Part shown: piece by piece, positions 37,301 through 52,450 of the stretch
How the letters are laid out: each line of letters opens with the position of its first letter
Numbering within the stretch: the stretch's first letter is position 1
DNA from: Anthoceros angustus
Lineage: Eukaryota > Plantae > Anthocerotophyta
DNA: 64,000 bases
NCBI GenBank assembly: GCA_010909165.1
Contig: MU008154.1
Coordinates: 1,105,478 to 1,169,477 of the forward strand
Direction: 5' to 3'
The notes under the pieces: model-generated
What the model was told of the DNA's origin: nothing
Database searches by the model: none
Seen by the model: only the letters and a program-made list of their open reading frames with translations
Position numbers and translations under genes: made by a program

Positions 37301-40300
37301 GCGTGCGAGGCACAAAATGCGATTCAAAGGGCCTCTTGGACTACGAGCGGTGATCCACATCACGCGCGTAACTGCGTCGCTTCTTTGGAGGTACTCGGCG
37401 ATGCCTCCCCCTCTCCACTCCACACTGTCTCGGTGCAGTGCGGGCGGTACTGCTCGGGAGGAAGTCCATGCCGTCAAGCCCTTCGCATTGTCCCTCGCGA
37501 CATGCGATTCACCGCAGCGCATAGCGATGCACACGTGCGTTTGATCTGGACCTGCAATGCTAAAGGGATGGAACCTCACATGAGGGCAGAACCTACACAC
37601 AAAGACAAGTGTCTGCGGTAGAAGACTCACCGGACACGGCTCAACACCTAGCGGTGGCATCTCGGGGCCACGTTACGTGCATATTGAGGACCCACAGGCA
37701 TCGTACTCCCGCCATCGTCATCCCATATGCGGGTGGCGCCCGCCCATGAGCCAGCCTCTTCAGGAGCTATTGCAGGCACATGGCGGGGATGTCCTGTCCA
37801 TGACCCTTATTCTGCGCACTGTTCCACACACCTCCAACGTTCGGCTCGCCCTCATGGTGGGCATGAAGGTGACATCACGAGGAGTGGATGTGCGGTTGGT
37901 GATGTCAGTGCTCCTCACCAAATCCAGCATGTACCCCTTATGCGAGCCGCCACCAGCCAAAATGCTCAATCCTCTGCGAGCCGGCGCGATTACTACCACA
38001 CACCTACCTCCTCGGCCAAAAAGGCCCAAGCAACCTGATCGACACAGTTGTGCGGAGGGCGGATGAAATTCTTGCCGTGTGCCCTTGGCCTCGCCGCAGT
38101 TCATGTCGCCTCTATCGGGTTGTGCTTTCTGCAGCATAGTCAGGCCGAATCCAGGGATGGCCAAACCTCCTCCTGCATCCACATAGGCGTTGAAAATGGT
38201 TGTCCCCGCTTGTTATCTTCCGGCACCAACCACGGGGCGTAGTGGGTGGCCCATCTATTGCACCATGGACTCTACGAAGTAGATTAGTGACGTCATGGGT
38301 GCACACAATCCAACCACATCCATTTCGGTGACCCGCTGTCGCTCCCATTCCAATCTAACGCCGGCACACACCGCAAGCTACTGGAGCCACTCACAATCCA
38401 TGTGCCACATGAACATGGGCGTCGTGTTGTGTCTTACTCGGATGCGGACGTCGGCCGTGAGCCATGTCTTCCGGCATCAACCATGCGCCTCACTGCCTCC
38501 TTGGGATGTCGATTCCATCGACTTGCGGCTCACTTTGCAGGCGGATTCTGCATTGGCCGTGCGTGTGATGGGCGTATGAGTTGCAATGGCGTGCAGACCT
38601 CCACCACGGATAGCCTCCCATACCGCCCGCGCCATTCGGGGTGCCGTTGCGAGCCTCGCGTCCTCAAGCTGCAGCCAAGCTCGCGGCGGCTCCTTGATGC
38701 GCCACGATTGCAAGTGCCGCGCCGGCCGTACACCGCCGGCGTGGCGGAGTGTTGGAAGGCTCCGCTACCAGCCCGTCCTCCCCCCTTCCTCTGCTCATCC
38801 CGCTTGCGGCCTCTTCCCCTCCCTCGGCCTCGTGCATCGCTGCTCGTCTGCAGCCCTTCCTCCCGGATTGGTCCGGTCATCACAGTGCGGCCGTCGTGCC
38901 CCGGCCACCCGTCATCCGCCATTGTGAGCCACACGTTGCCATCGGCCTCCTCACGGGTCGCTTCTCGCTTGGGGATGGGCAAGGTGGCTTGCACCCCTCG
39001 CACACCGCTAAGCGTGGAAGGCGTTCGTGGTTCCGTCTGCAGGGCCTCGCGGAGGTCTGTGCGCCTGACCACAGTGTTATTCAAGTCGCCGTCGTCGGGT
39101 TGAACAAGAAATTGCGACAGCTGCGGCTACCACCCAGTTGATTGCGGTTGCACCTCTTCCGCACATCCTGTTCAAAATCATGCGCGCGCGCGGGCGCTTA
39201 AGTGTGTGCAAAGGGGCTTCACATCTGTGTGTGTGCAAGATAGGGGCCTCGCTCCCTTTCCCCATCACACGCCCATGGGTGCCTTGATGGAAGGCGCTTG
39301 ATGGTTCACGATCGCGGGTATTGCCAAACACCACCATCTGCGGGCGCCTCTCTGCGTGTCGCGGATTTGGGCGCAGCGCCGCGGCGTGTGAGGTCTCCTT
39401 TGGTCACCATGCTTGCGGCTTATGCGCGGTGCAAGCGTTGCCGCTGCGGACAAGCTTCTTCGCGCTGCAACTGCGTCTGCGTATTACTATCGGGCCACTA
39501 TGGGCCTCGAGCATCACAACACAACCATTGCCGGGCTCATTCCATTCGTGGGCGGCACATCGAGGCGGGCAAGCGCCCTTGGTCCTTCCCCTCAATAGCC
39601 TTGGTTGCTTCCGCTTGGCAAAACACGAGCGGCACCGCCTTACCTCAACCCGAGGGTCCAAGAAGCTATGGCGCAAACATGAAAGCATCACGATCTTCCG
39701 GCAATCAGCGCGTGCCCTTTGCGGCCCCCATGGTGTGGCATGCCACGATGATGGTCACATGCCTCCGATGCCGAACTCCCTCTTCGTTGGTGAAAAGTCC
39801 ATGTAGCGGATGAAATGCTTCCGGTTGTACACAAATGGGAGTGTGGCGGCCCACAAAGAAGTTGTGGCGATCCACATCCACATGCCGCGATGCATAATGT
39901 GCGGCGGCACATGTATTCGCTGCGGTGCAATGCCTCTCGGGCCCGATCCACAAGCAGTGCCCGGCATCACTGCGGCCCCGTCCTCTCGACTACCTTCCAT
40001 GCCCGCCGCGGGACTTGCGCTCCATCACTTTGCAATCGCCCACAAGGTGCCTTCCGGCGCTTTCGTGTGCATGAGGGCAGTGCGGTGGGTAAGGGCTTCC
40101 TTTGCTGCGAAATCCCACAGGCACCCATTTCCTTACAGCGCATTGTCCTGCGGCGTCCCTATCTCAATTGTTATTAGGCCTTGACTCGCGGTGTGTCCTC
40201 GAATGGCATCCACAACGGCAACATGCCATGCGAGCTCTTTGGCGCGTTCATCCCCACCGTCCATGACATCCGCCCGCGGTTGCTTGGTGCACCACCAGCC

Positions 40301-43300
40301 CCTCCCTCATGGGCTGCGGGCCAATCATCCTCTCCACCGCCCGGCAGTCCTTGTGCAGGCGGCCATCGCTCCCCTCCACAGCAAGAGGACCCATTTCCCG
40401 GACCACTCTCCCGGCCAGCACTTGGCAGTCCTTGCACTGCGGCCGATGCGCCCTCGCACATGCAGTCGGTGGAATGGATTAGTTGAGCTCTCCCATGTCC
40501 ATCTGCGGCCGCCTCCGCTCTATGTTGTGATCCACCGTCGTTTCCATGGCTCCTTGCTTGGATCGGTCCGGCTCCATTGGCGGCCCCTCTGGGTCGCAGC
40601 CCGCCGCAGTCTGCGGCGGTGTGTCACGATGCACGTGGTCGTCGATGGCGGCATTCTCCGCATCCGTCCCTCCATCGCCCGTCGCACGCGTCGCCCCTGA
40701 CCCTGACCTCACTCCGCCCGGGCGTCCCCTCTGGCTGCGGTGCATTCTCAACATCATTGCCGCCCGCCACTGCCTTGGGCGCCTTGCGTCAGCGCGAACT
40801 CGCATGGATCGCATACTCACTTGCCGCGAATCACATTCGAGCGGTGCGCAATCGATGGATATGGACGGCGCAATGCAAGACTCGATGGTACCTATCGCTC
40901 GTCGCGGTGAGGCGGTACATAAACTCCTTTGAGGCCGTATCCCAACATTTCTGCGCCGATCTAGAACGCCTCGGCGTGCAATCCAACACAATCAACATGG
41001 GTTTGAGAATTCATGTGCAACCACGCTTTGCGGCCCGGACACATGTCTGACAGCGCCTTGCGGCCGCCCACCACAACGTTGCCTTCCGTCCTTTGACCGC
41101 CATTAGCGATCATTGGCGCCGGAAACATGTGCGCGATAGGCATCCCCGGTCTGCGGAGGGTGATTCTGTTGCGTTATTTGAGTGCACCGGAGGTGTGCGC
41201 GCCCGTGGTGGTCTCCACTGGAACAAATTGCAGCGCACGCATCAGTGCCTTCTGCTGATCGACTAAGCGGGAGTTGGTCGCTGCGACCATTGCGAGTCTG
41301 CGTACTTTGACAACATCATGCGGTGACATATTCTGAAAATGACGCACCTTGCGCGTCTGCGCCCACATCGCCATGTGCTTTCAACTCTCGTCGCACACTA
41401 ACCCCTCACCCGACATCGTTCTTCCCATCTACACACAATTCATACGAACACAACTTAGTGCAAAACGCGCGCGCGTGCGCACGTTAGTTGCGGTTGCGAG
41501 CGGTACTCCTATCATTGCGCCCTCTGCGATTGCACCCACCACTATGTTTACATGCGCCTTGCGGCGTTGAGCTCATTGCTCCTCGCCTCGGCGCCACGTC
41601 TCGGATATGCCACCACATGGGCTTTCGTGCGAGGTTAATCTCCTTCGAGCAGGCGGCGGTCTTCTCATTCAATTGAGCTCCGCATATCGCGAAATCCACC
41701 AACTCGTAGAACCTCCTAGGCCATCTTTCCACCAAATCGGTGGCCCCGTCGTGCACTGTGCGAACCAAACCCGCAGGTCATGCACTGTTTGCGGTCGCTC
41801 CCCGCGGCTGTACACCTTCCATTCCATCGATGGCCAACTGTCAAAAACTTGATGCATGAAAACATGGCACTCCATCAGACGGTAAGCGCTCTCGCAGTAA
41901 TTTGTCCACCGCCACTCCATTCCGTTTGTCCCCCGCCGGTGCAGGTGGTATAGGACTGCAAGTTTCGCTGGATACCCCTCCATTCGAAGGCATTGGCTAT
42001 GATGGTCTTCAACAAAGTCCAAAAACTCGGAGAGCTCCCTATAGTTGATGGGAACCATGGGCCACCCAGCAATGTACTCTCGAGGGCATTGCATCTCCCA
42101 CATATCTATCTTCCCAGCCCGCTTGAGGCGTTTGCCACCGTGTGTGTGTGCGAGGCGCTGCCACACTGCGGCCGCGACCGTCAAGCCTGCAAGATATTGC
42201 ACGTCGGCGCCGCCTCAATGCACATGATCATGTGCATTGGGCATGATACCCACCACCACTTGCAAGAACATAAATCACGTCGACCAAGGCGGTGAAGAGC
42301 ACGGACATTGATTCTGTTGCAAGTATGTTCGGATCGGTGCCGAGCCTTTGCCTCCGCAGCGGATGCTCAAAGTTTTTGATGTTACGCTGATTGAGGCGTC
42401 ATCCATAACAACCCTATACGCTATAACGATTGGCACCAATCATCACGGTATCCCTGCGCCACCCTCATCTGGATCTCCACACCACCACCACAGCTGCTGT
42501 GGACATCACGGTTGTATCGTCAATGCCAAATGGACACTTGGTCGACCGTCACTTGCCACATGATCCAAGATATTGGTCACGGTAGAACACCACGACTCCC
42601 TGCGATTCGTCACATTTATCAACACATTCAATTCGGCCACCTCAAGTTATCACTTGATTCACAAGACTCTGGACACCACAACCATTTCATCACCTACATC
42701 CACACCTCCACTCTGAATACCGGTGGGAAGGCACCGTTATGCATGCAATAAGGCGCACAATACACCGTGACCAACGAGGCGATGCGCGCCACGTTGTAGC
42801 TTGTCTTTGTGCTGGTCATCTGCATAGCGGACAAACATGTACTCAAAGTGTGAACAACGGTATCTAGTTTCAACAAAGCAATGCCCTCACAAACCCACAC
42901 GATGTCCTTCGGAGGAACACGCACACATGCCAACTTGCCGTGCATTCCTCACCAACTTAGGAGGACCTTGTGTCTGGCCTTGGTGGAGTAGGAGCTATGT
43001 CGAGGCGGAGGGCTCTCGACTTTGTGGGGACAACGTCATCTTCAATTTGTGAGTCTAGCACCTTTGTGCACAGTAATGCTGCCCAAACATGCGCGAACAA
43101 CACGAGGCTTTTCCCTCCGGGCATTGGGGTGCGAAGGAATTCACGTAGGCTTCATGTGCCTCCGGGCCTTGCGGCAAATTCATCAGCTACTGCAGTGCGA
43201 GGAGAAATCGTTGACATCGGCGTCGGGTTGGCATAATTGCACCACTGGACGAGTTCGGATCTTTGTATGACAAAATTTAGTCGAGCGGACTTCCGAAAAT

Positions 43301-46300
43301 GGACAAGACAACAAACACTGAAGCATGGAACATACATATTGGAACTCCAAGATTTTTTTCTTCTTTGGGTGTGGCCAACCAATTCTTTGGTGATTGTGAC
43401 TCAATGTCTTTCCATTTTGTCATGGTCAAATTAGTGGTCACTAACCATGCTCACACCATCCTCCCACATGGGCCAGTGCGGCCCGCGCGCATTGCCTCGT
43501 CCAACCTACCTTGGATGCGCCCGCCACTCATAGGCGCAAGTGATCGCGGGTTCCTCATCGTCCACTCGGTCCGTGCACGCCAAAACTCGGCGCGGGCGTG
43601 GAGGTTTAGCCGCAGCGAGTCGTTCTGCGGCTTATTGGCGGTTGCCGTCCCCATGGTTGCGTGCATAGCGTCGCTGTCAAATCAGACTGGACTTTCAACT
43701 CCAAGCGCAGATTCTTTGGCGGAAGGGTTATCCGGCAACCCGATTAGCCGTTTTTGCGATCGCCATTCGGGCCTCATCTCGGCTCTCGCACCATCGCCGC
43801 ATGTGTGTGATTTGCGAATCCTCTACCTGCACCCAACACCTTTCCCCTTATACGGTAGCATAAATCTATTCAGAAACCGAACCACTCGCTCCGCCCCATC
43901 CGATCACCCGGCGGGGCACGGAAATATTGTGCGGCCACTGAAGCAACCCCACCCGCTTCCTCCACGGCCCCATCTCACTCGGCCCTCAGGGCGTGCGATG
44001 GCGGGCTGCAATGCAATTTAAAGGCGCACAATGGCGGGTTGGGCTGCGTTCTGTCTTGATCCCTCTCACACATTTCCATCAATTGAAAAAGGGCATCTCA
44101 CGACAGGCGTTTAGCGGCTTCTGTTGTCGGGGATTACCGGTGTTTACACCCACCCTTAGTCTCCCACGTTTTGAGTGGCATTTTCACGGCGGTAGAAATG
44201 GTGGATCGCATTGTATTTTGGGCTGATTCTATTTGGCTTTCGCACCCATCGACATATATAGCCCGAGCACCGCGCCGAGACACCCTCCGGCCCGGACCAA
44301 TTTTATGATTAATACATATCCTGTGTCATTCGCTTGATGGGCTGAACTATTTTATACCTCATATTATTCTACTCCATTTTTTTCTCCAAATGCTTTGGTG
44401 TGGTATAGCGAAAAGGGCAACCGTTGTGGACACTTTGTCTTTCCCTTGCCTCCCCTGCTGGCCTTCGATATAACTGTGCATCCTGACGGCACAATGCTTT
44501 CACACGTACCGTGTCGGCGTCGAATGTAGAATAGATCTTTGGAAATTGGGCTATTAAATCGAGCTAATCGTTTCCCACTTATCACAGGGTATTCCCACGC
44601 TCTTCCGTGCACCATATTATATATATAATTGAGCGTCGGTTTGCAAATATGTGATGCGAGCGCGTACATTGGATGAGTTATTTTGCGTTTTGCCGTGATG
44701 GTTCAATTACCTTTATTAAGCCATTATACTATTCTGCCCGACATCCGGTCTCCACACTTTCATGTCGGATCGTAGTCCATCTTTGCCATGTCAATCATCT
44801 CATTATATGCCATTTGTGACGTGCATATCTAAACACCATTCGTTACACACAAAAAGGCGGCGCCCATCATCGTATATGGGTGATTTAGCGAAATAATTCA
44901 CTTCTCAATATCTGCGTAAAAGATGCACATGACACATTGTGCAATGAAACCTGAAGGCCTTGTATTATTGCGACTACAATTCGCAGGCATATGAAGTACT
45001 TGCGTTTTGCAACTACGCTGCTTGCTCGACCTTGCACCCTCTCGGTATGGCGTGTATGCGGCACAGCATTATGCCATTATGTGCTTCAGATTTTGGTTTT
45101 CAGATGAGTCATACAATATGTGCATTCGTTAAGAAGCGGGAACTACATTCCGAACCCGCATCTGAGTGCGGAACGTCGCATAAACCCCATGGATTTGCTT
45201 CGTGTTCACCGTCTGGTCCGCGATATCCTTGCCCAATTTCGACCCTTTGCGACATGGATAACGATGTCCACTTTGGTGCACATGCAATTTGTGAAAACAA
45301 ATGGATATGTGAGTCTTGAAAATGAGTCCGATACATGGCATTGTATCATTAGGATTATTCCAGCCAATTGTGCAATGGGGTAGTGCGGTGTGTTTCCCTA
45401 GGCAGGGCTTATGGGTCCCATTAATGTTATTCCTCGTCCTTCCCAATACCTCGCATCCAAAATCACGGTGTTCGATCCTACATCCTCCTGCGAAAACAAA
45501 TGGATATGTGAGTTTTGAAAATGAGTCCCATACATGGCATTGTATCATACCGGGCTTGTCCCAACCAATGGTGCATGCGGCAAATGCAATGGCGCATCGT
45601 GTTCGCAACATGCAGTGCATTGTCGGATGTTTCCCCTTGCAGACCCTATTTCGTAGCCAAATGCAGTACATTCTGAGATGTTTCTCATTGCAGACCATAA
45701 CTCGTAGCCAGATGAAGTACAGTGTGGGTGATTTTCCCTTCTATACCACAAACCGTAACCAGAATAAGTACACTGTGGACCGCTCCTCTTCGTAGACCCT
45801 GGTTCATTGGTATATGGAGAACAAGAAATGCAAACGATAGATGGCATAGGAAAACCACAAACATTGTAGACATCAGTGAATCCCATCAGTAGCCGGTTGT
45901 ACTACTCTCTACTTGCTCACCATGCTCCATACTTCAAGGTCTACAACCAGTACTCGTAAGTTATCGGTCTACAAACAGTTACTTGTAAGTTATACTTAAC
46001 ATCGGTCCCAGTTTCACATGGGCCCATCTGACGCCTGGTGCTGCGCATGTTTTCTTGTTTAGGGTTTTAGGATTTCGATCACAACACATACATGGGAAAC
46101 ATGTATACAATACACATACTGCACTTCCATAGCCAGCAGGCCTAGGAAACGTTGTAGACAGGACACGTATTCCCAAATTTACGACAGTAATACACATAAA
46201 CTTTTTTCCCATGACCATCTCCTTCAGAATGTGTATGGGTTCAGCTTGACTCTTCTCAAGGGGTTTGTGCCCATCGCCATGTTGCTTTGTGCGGTGGTGC

Positions 46301-49300
46301 GAACCCAATATAGGACTCCACAACTTTGTGCATTGGGATATCATCGACAAAAAGTGGGGCCACAATGGCCCCTCTCCAACAAGGTGACAGGCGACCCGGC
46401 TATCCACAGCGGTACACGCAAGCCTATGTAACACGAACCTTTCACTATCCCAAAGACCATGGAGTGCGGTGAAGAACAAGATTTCACTAGGGTAGTCAGA
46501 GTACCTTCAATGCAGCAATCAGCATTTCCATCTGTCGGTATGCTAAACCCAAGGCCCGGAGATAAATAGACAGTTGATGCGAACCCAATATAGGACTCCC
46601 GCAACTTTGTGCATTGAGGTATCATCGACAAAAAGAGTGGGGCCACTACAATGGCCCCACTCTCCAGCAAAGGTGAATTGGTGCAAACCGAATTTAGGAC
46701 ACCCGCAACTTTGTGCATCAGGATATCAGCGACAACAATGCTGGGGCCACTACCATGGCCCCACTCTCCAGGGTAGGTCAAAGAGACGACCAGCTGTCCA
46801 CAACCAGCACTACACTGTAAGCCTATGAAACACGAACCTGTCGCGCAATGGCCGCATGCCTACATGCCGACCAGTTTCCGACCTGCAGATTCCTTTGCAT
46901 GGAGTAGCGAAATCGTCATTGGCGGGAGGAGGACAGCAAAGTTCTGGCATTAGCCAAGGAACAAGATCAAATGGAGGCACAAATCCTCGGCCAGCAGTGA
47001 AATTAGAGTGGTTGCTGAGGCTCCCACTTGATCACGGTTCCCGGAGGTCAAGAGAAATGAGACATACTCTAGGGCTGCCATCCACAAACCAAGAATCCAC
47101 GGTGCCACATATATAGGCAAAACCCTCGAGGACCTCTTTTCTCGTTCCCTTTGGTAGGCACTTCAGGTTTATTTATAATCCTACTTTCCTTGGCCTTCGA
47201 GTAAGCAATGATATTTATGTCCTCAACCACGTATTCGCCCTTTTCCTTGAGTTACGATTTTTATGTATTTTCTGATATAAATCCGCTGCCTATATATGCA
47301 TCATACCATCGTGCCTTACATACATAACCATGTACATAGATTACATGCGCCTCGACACATCATCCATCAACATGTCCACATTCATCAAATGTCATCCATC
47401 CGTCATGCATACGTGGACACAAGGTGAATAACAAGATTTGACTAGGGTAGTCAGAGTAGCTTCAATGCAGCAATCAGCATTTCCATCTGACAGTATGCTA
47501 AACCCAAGGCCCGGATAAAAACAGGTATAATGAATGAGCTTGTTCTGCGACGACATTTCAAGGCGGCGAACAAGCGGCTTGCCCGTAAACACCTCACATC
47601 TGCAGTGTATTTGGTAGCCGCGGTATACGAGACCCGAACCGGCATATCTCATCTAATTGGAGGATGGAATACGAGTTTGTGTCAACCAGCGATTTTAGAG
47701 GTGCGTGGGGGCGGGTGCGTGAGGCGGGGGCGGGGGTGGGTAGTGGGAGGGTGCGGGGTGGGTAGGGCAGGGTGGGAAGGACAGACGGGGATGGGTGGGG
47801 TGGAAAGGAAGGGGGAGGAGAGGGGTTGGAGGATGAGAGGCGTGGAGGGTGGGCGGGGAGGCTGACGGAGGGTGAATGGCGATGGAGTGTGTGGCGGGGG
47901 GTGGGGGTGTGGTGCAACAATATAACATTTCCACGATGTGAAGGGTCATGCAATTTAATACCTTTGAAAAGCGGTGCACGCGCAGCTACGTTATCACAGT
48001 GCGCCTCGTCGAGGCGAAGGTTGTGGCGGCGAAGCTAAAGCGAGTGTTCCACAGCGACTGCGGCCGCAATGCATCGCAAAGTGGCTGCGATTTCCGGGCG
48101 CATTGCGGCTATCACGGCGCGATCTGAGCATTGTGCGGCCCGCTATGTCTCGCAAATCTCTGCCATGTACATGCAGGCGCCGATGGCTTTGGCAAGGCAC
48201 GGTCAGCACGTGTGCCAGCTCTCACGGTGGTGGCGTTCAGTTTGAAGGTGTGTCATTTTTTAAACGCAGCTGGCTCCGGAAGGCAATGTGGATGCAATAA
48301 CCCACCGGGGCGCACACCACTGCGAAGAGGATGCGTGTACGAGGGCGCATAATCCATGGGTTTTTTTTAACGATATCCGTGCTCAGCATCATGACTGCAG
48401 TGTCCTCAGAAGGAGGCATCATCGCGCCGCCAAAGGGTAATGGCGTAGTTGCGGACCCATGCGCGAAACAAAATCGCCCAATTCCTAACCAGTGCTTGGG
48501 GATTAGGCGGGAAGAGAAGGGCCCGCAGTCGTCGAGCAACAAGTTTGTGGGCGGTTGCATTGGCGTGCTTAGCTCTGCATACACCTAAGGGCGATTCAGT
48601 GCGAGGTTGCAATTGCCACCGCATATTCCATGGCGTGGAACTCTTTTTCACAGTGCAATAGTGGAGCTCGTGTGGTGCGATTTTCGGCGGCATCCCGAAT
48701 TGCGGTCACCTTTGGGCGGTGGGCGTTGCACCGCAAAACATGATAGCGCCATTAGCGAGACCTCGCGAGACCCGACCACGATCCGCGCGCCCGCCGGAGA
48801 TGGCGCTTTGCACCCAAGCTCCCGACACCCATGACAGATGTCAATGCGGCCGAACGCCATGCGATCTCGCGGGCATCGACCCGCATTCTGTACCACGCAT
48901 GCGATCATGCTGCGGTATACAGACGCCGCCGGCGGCTGCGTCGGAGGTGCGTCTGGCCGAGATGCAAGGCGGCGCGGCGTCCACGCATGGAATGGGGTCG
49001 AGTCCGATGGCGTCCACACACTCGGCGACATCGATTGCCGGTGTCGGCCGGTAATTATCGGATCCGCCGGAGGTTCAACGTGGCCGTCCCGCCGTCTGCG
49101 TATCTTGCGGGGGCGAGTGCACTCGCCGGCGTGTGGTAGCAGCGGGCGGCGGCATGGGAGCCGGGCGGCGGCAGCGGCGGTGGGGCGATCCCATTCACGC
49201 GGAATCACGGATGCAAGCGACCGCCCGAGGCGGAGGCTGGCGGGCGGGCCAGCTTTGCGGTGCGTTGGCACAACAAGCTCTGCGGATACAAATTCCACTC

Positions 49301-52154
49301 GACAAAGAATACTCCAGAGTGAATGGCGATCGGTGGCCAAGTTGTGTTCATGTCTGCGCCGATTGCACACAAGTGGAAGTTTCCGTGCGTGAGCATGCCG
49401 GTAGCAACAGCATACAGCACCGTCGCGAAGGAACGTGCGCAGCCATCGATCGGGACCTTCGATCTCGGTACGCGCCCGGTTGCCGTTATGCGGATGCCAC
49501 GGTTGCATCTCGCCGCACAAGGCGGTGTGTCGGCGATATATAAATCTTCCCTCCGAGACCGCGCGTCGCGAGGACCGGTGATGCATGTTGTACATATGGG
49601 ATGTGCATGCGCTTCACATGCGTGGCGGTGCGGATCGGCGGCGTGCGGACATCGAGGTGTACGACTTGGCGGCGAAGGTGATCAAGACATGGAGGTGGCA
49701 GCGGGTTACTGCCGGGCCGGCGGAGGAGGAGGTGGAGGTCGCGTCTTTGGGAGAGTTCAGCGGATGAGCGCCACCATCGCGGACCTTGATGGTGGGCGCA
49801 TCGCACGGCCCGGCGACAACGCGACATGTGGGCATCCGGCACAATGCGCCTAGGTGCAATCAGCTGCGGTCGGCGCGCCATGGTCGGGCCGTGGCGGCAA
49901 CCCGTCTGACGGATACGCGCGGTAGCGGTGCAAGGGAGCATGGTGGTCGTCGAGGCGGGAACGGGAGGAGTCTGCTGGCCGCATGGCGGCATTCTTGGCG
50001 GTGGAGGCTCCATGCGGCTGCACCCGGCAAGTGGAGGGAAGGCATCCCGCAGCGCGGCGCCGCCAGTGCAGATGAGGTGCTCTTTTCGAGATCTTGGGTC
50101 GCTGGTATGGCCGAGGCAGACGCCTTGGTGCCACTGGCAAGCACGAGAAGAGGCAGCACGAACTTGGGCGATGGGCTGACATTCGGTGGTGCAAAGGATG
50201 GATGGATGGAATTGTTAAACGACCACCACAAGGATTTTTCGCAGAAGGGCTTCACCGGGATTGGTGCTTCTGGAGGACTCGGATGACGAGGGACCAGGAC
50301 ACGGAGAAGAGTTGCGGAGATGCGGAGGACCACCAATCGAGGTTCGCAAGCGAGGAGGAGATCTACAGCGCAACCACATCACTTGGGTGGAATCAATGCA
50401 CACCACGATCGGATCGGATGGCGGCGGCCGACGATGGTATGCGGCTTCGAGGCAAGCGCACGAGCACGAGAATCGCGGTTTGCGGTGGAGAAGGCATCGA
50501 TTCGCGCCGAGCAGGAGCGTCGATTTGAGGACCACCTAACACCTGCGGTGGAAGCCGGCGTGGAGTGTCGGCTGATCGACAATTTCCGCTATGGAAGGAA
50601 GGCGGACCATTTCACCGATGCGGTCTTGTACAAGGCGGTATGGGGATCGAGGAGGTGTTCCAGGAGGTTGCCGTGGATGCCGGCAACACTGCAGTGCATC
50701 GGCGAGGCATGGAGGCGGTTCGAGTCGCCGGCATTTGTGGGCGGTGTGTTTGAAGCGGAATGTCACGGGGGCCACCCAATACCACATCAGCCAAGGACAT
50801 CATCGGACCCTGCAGCGCGACATGGTAAGTTCGCCACCATGCCCACCATGGGCCCTGAACACTTGCACTGCGTGATGATCACTTCGTGTCGTCCTGCAAG
50901 CAATGTTCTTGACCTGTCAGACATGGTGCTGGCCACCGGCATAGAGGTCACCGTCCCATGACCTTTGCGGCCTTCGCGCATGCTCTCGGCGATCAAAGGA
51001 TGGCGTGCACAAGGAGTGGAAGGACACGGTAGAAGACATTGAAGAGGGCTTTCAAAGGTGACATCTGTCCACCACCAGACTCATGGCCATCTACTGTGCC
51101 GCTTGGCGGAGCGGCGAGGCGAGGAGGAGCAGCCATATGTGGTCGCACTCATGGCGGAAAGGCTGCCGGATTTCTTCAAACGCACGTCACGAAGCCATCG
51201 CATGTGTTGGGGAAGCGGTGGCGCGCGCCGGAGGCTGCAGGAGCAACACTTGTTCTCCAAGTGCACACGCGTGGGTGGGTTGGTGGGCGAGGATTTCGAC
51301 ATGTGGTGGGCCAGGCGAGCTATCTTTGGGCGCATAGAAGAGTGCTGCGTTTGAGAGTGTGGCGTTCTTCAATGCCACACATGGATGCGGGGACGCATTT
51401 CTCGCGGCGTCGAGTTCGCTTGCCGATCTTGAAGGACATGTTCGTGAAACGAGATGACATTCGGAGACAGTCGCTTTCTTCATTAGGGTGTACTTCTCTC
51501 TTTGTCGATGGTTGTGGCAGTGCCACTTTGAGCGTATGGGCAACTGCCGCAGGCAAAGACGTGCTCCTCCACACTCCTCCTGCCTCTTTATGTCTCAAAG
51601 CTGGTCATGGCGACGCGGGTGACAGAAGCCATCCGCATGAACTCTCTGTACGGAAACGCGTGAACGTTTGTGGTGTGCGCCGAACCCGCAGTTGTTTCGA
51701 GGTTCCGGCTTGTCTGTTTGGAAATGTGCATTTAAGGAGAGGGCCCAGAGGCCGTGTTCAGTGCAGTCAGCGAGGCCCAATGAAATGCTTCACCGTATGT
51801 GCGAGCCTTGAATGAAAAGTGGAGTGCGACCCGTTCGTGACTGGATCGGGAAAAAGGCCACCGGAACCCCTACACCACCGCTCCCCATTGCGGATCATGA
51901 CCCGATGGAATGCGCCTGTGAGACGGAACGAGCGCGGGGCGCTCAAATCCAAGCCCAGGTAGGGCAGCAGGCGCGGGAAGCTGCGGGAAGTTGAATGCTG
52001 CGCGGCAGAGGAGGCCTTGCATTGCGGGGTGCGCGACATTGAAAGGCGTGAGATGGGTGGCGGTGCGGCCTCACAGTGGAAGGAGGAGGGCACTGCGATG
52101 TGGACGATCGACCGGGTTTGCTTGGCGATGAGGAGACACGCACGGCGTGCGAAT

Positions 52155-52450
52155 GTGTGTCTTGGCGGCAGTGAAACACGTTGACATTACAAGTTCGTTA
52201 CGTACAATGGATGCCAAAAGGTGGCACATTGTTGGAGCAAGAATCTTGCCACGAAATGTGCGGGGTGGAAGGCGCCGGTCTGCGGTGCAAACTACGGTTG
52301 CTATTGGCGAGCGAGTGGCGGTATGGGCCACTTTGCATTCCAGTGGTGCAGGCTGGCATGCGGCGGATGGGTTTGCAGGCGGATGGAAGTGGGGGCGGCA
52401 GGCGAGGAAGCGGAGGAAGGCGGTTCTGCTCCTTGAGGATTGCATGCCCG
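52155..52450 (+). pseudogene. RPA70-C-like domain, copy 2 (more frameshifts)
   Basis: VLAAVKHVDIT and GTLLEQESCHEMCGVEGAGLRCKLRLLLASE are split over ORFs 52147 and 52181. Confidence 0.55.
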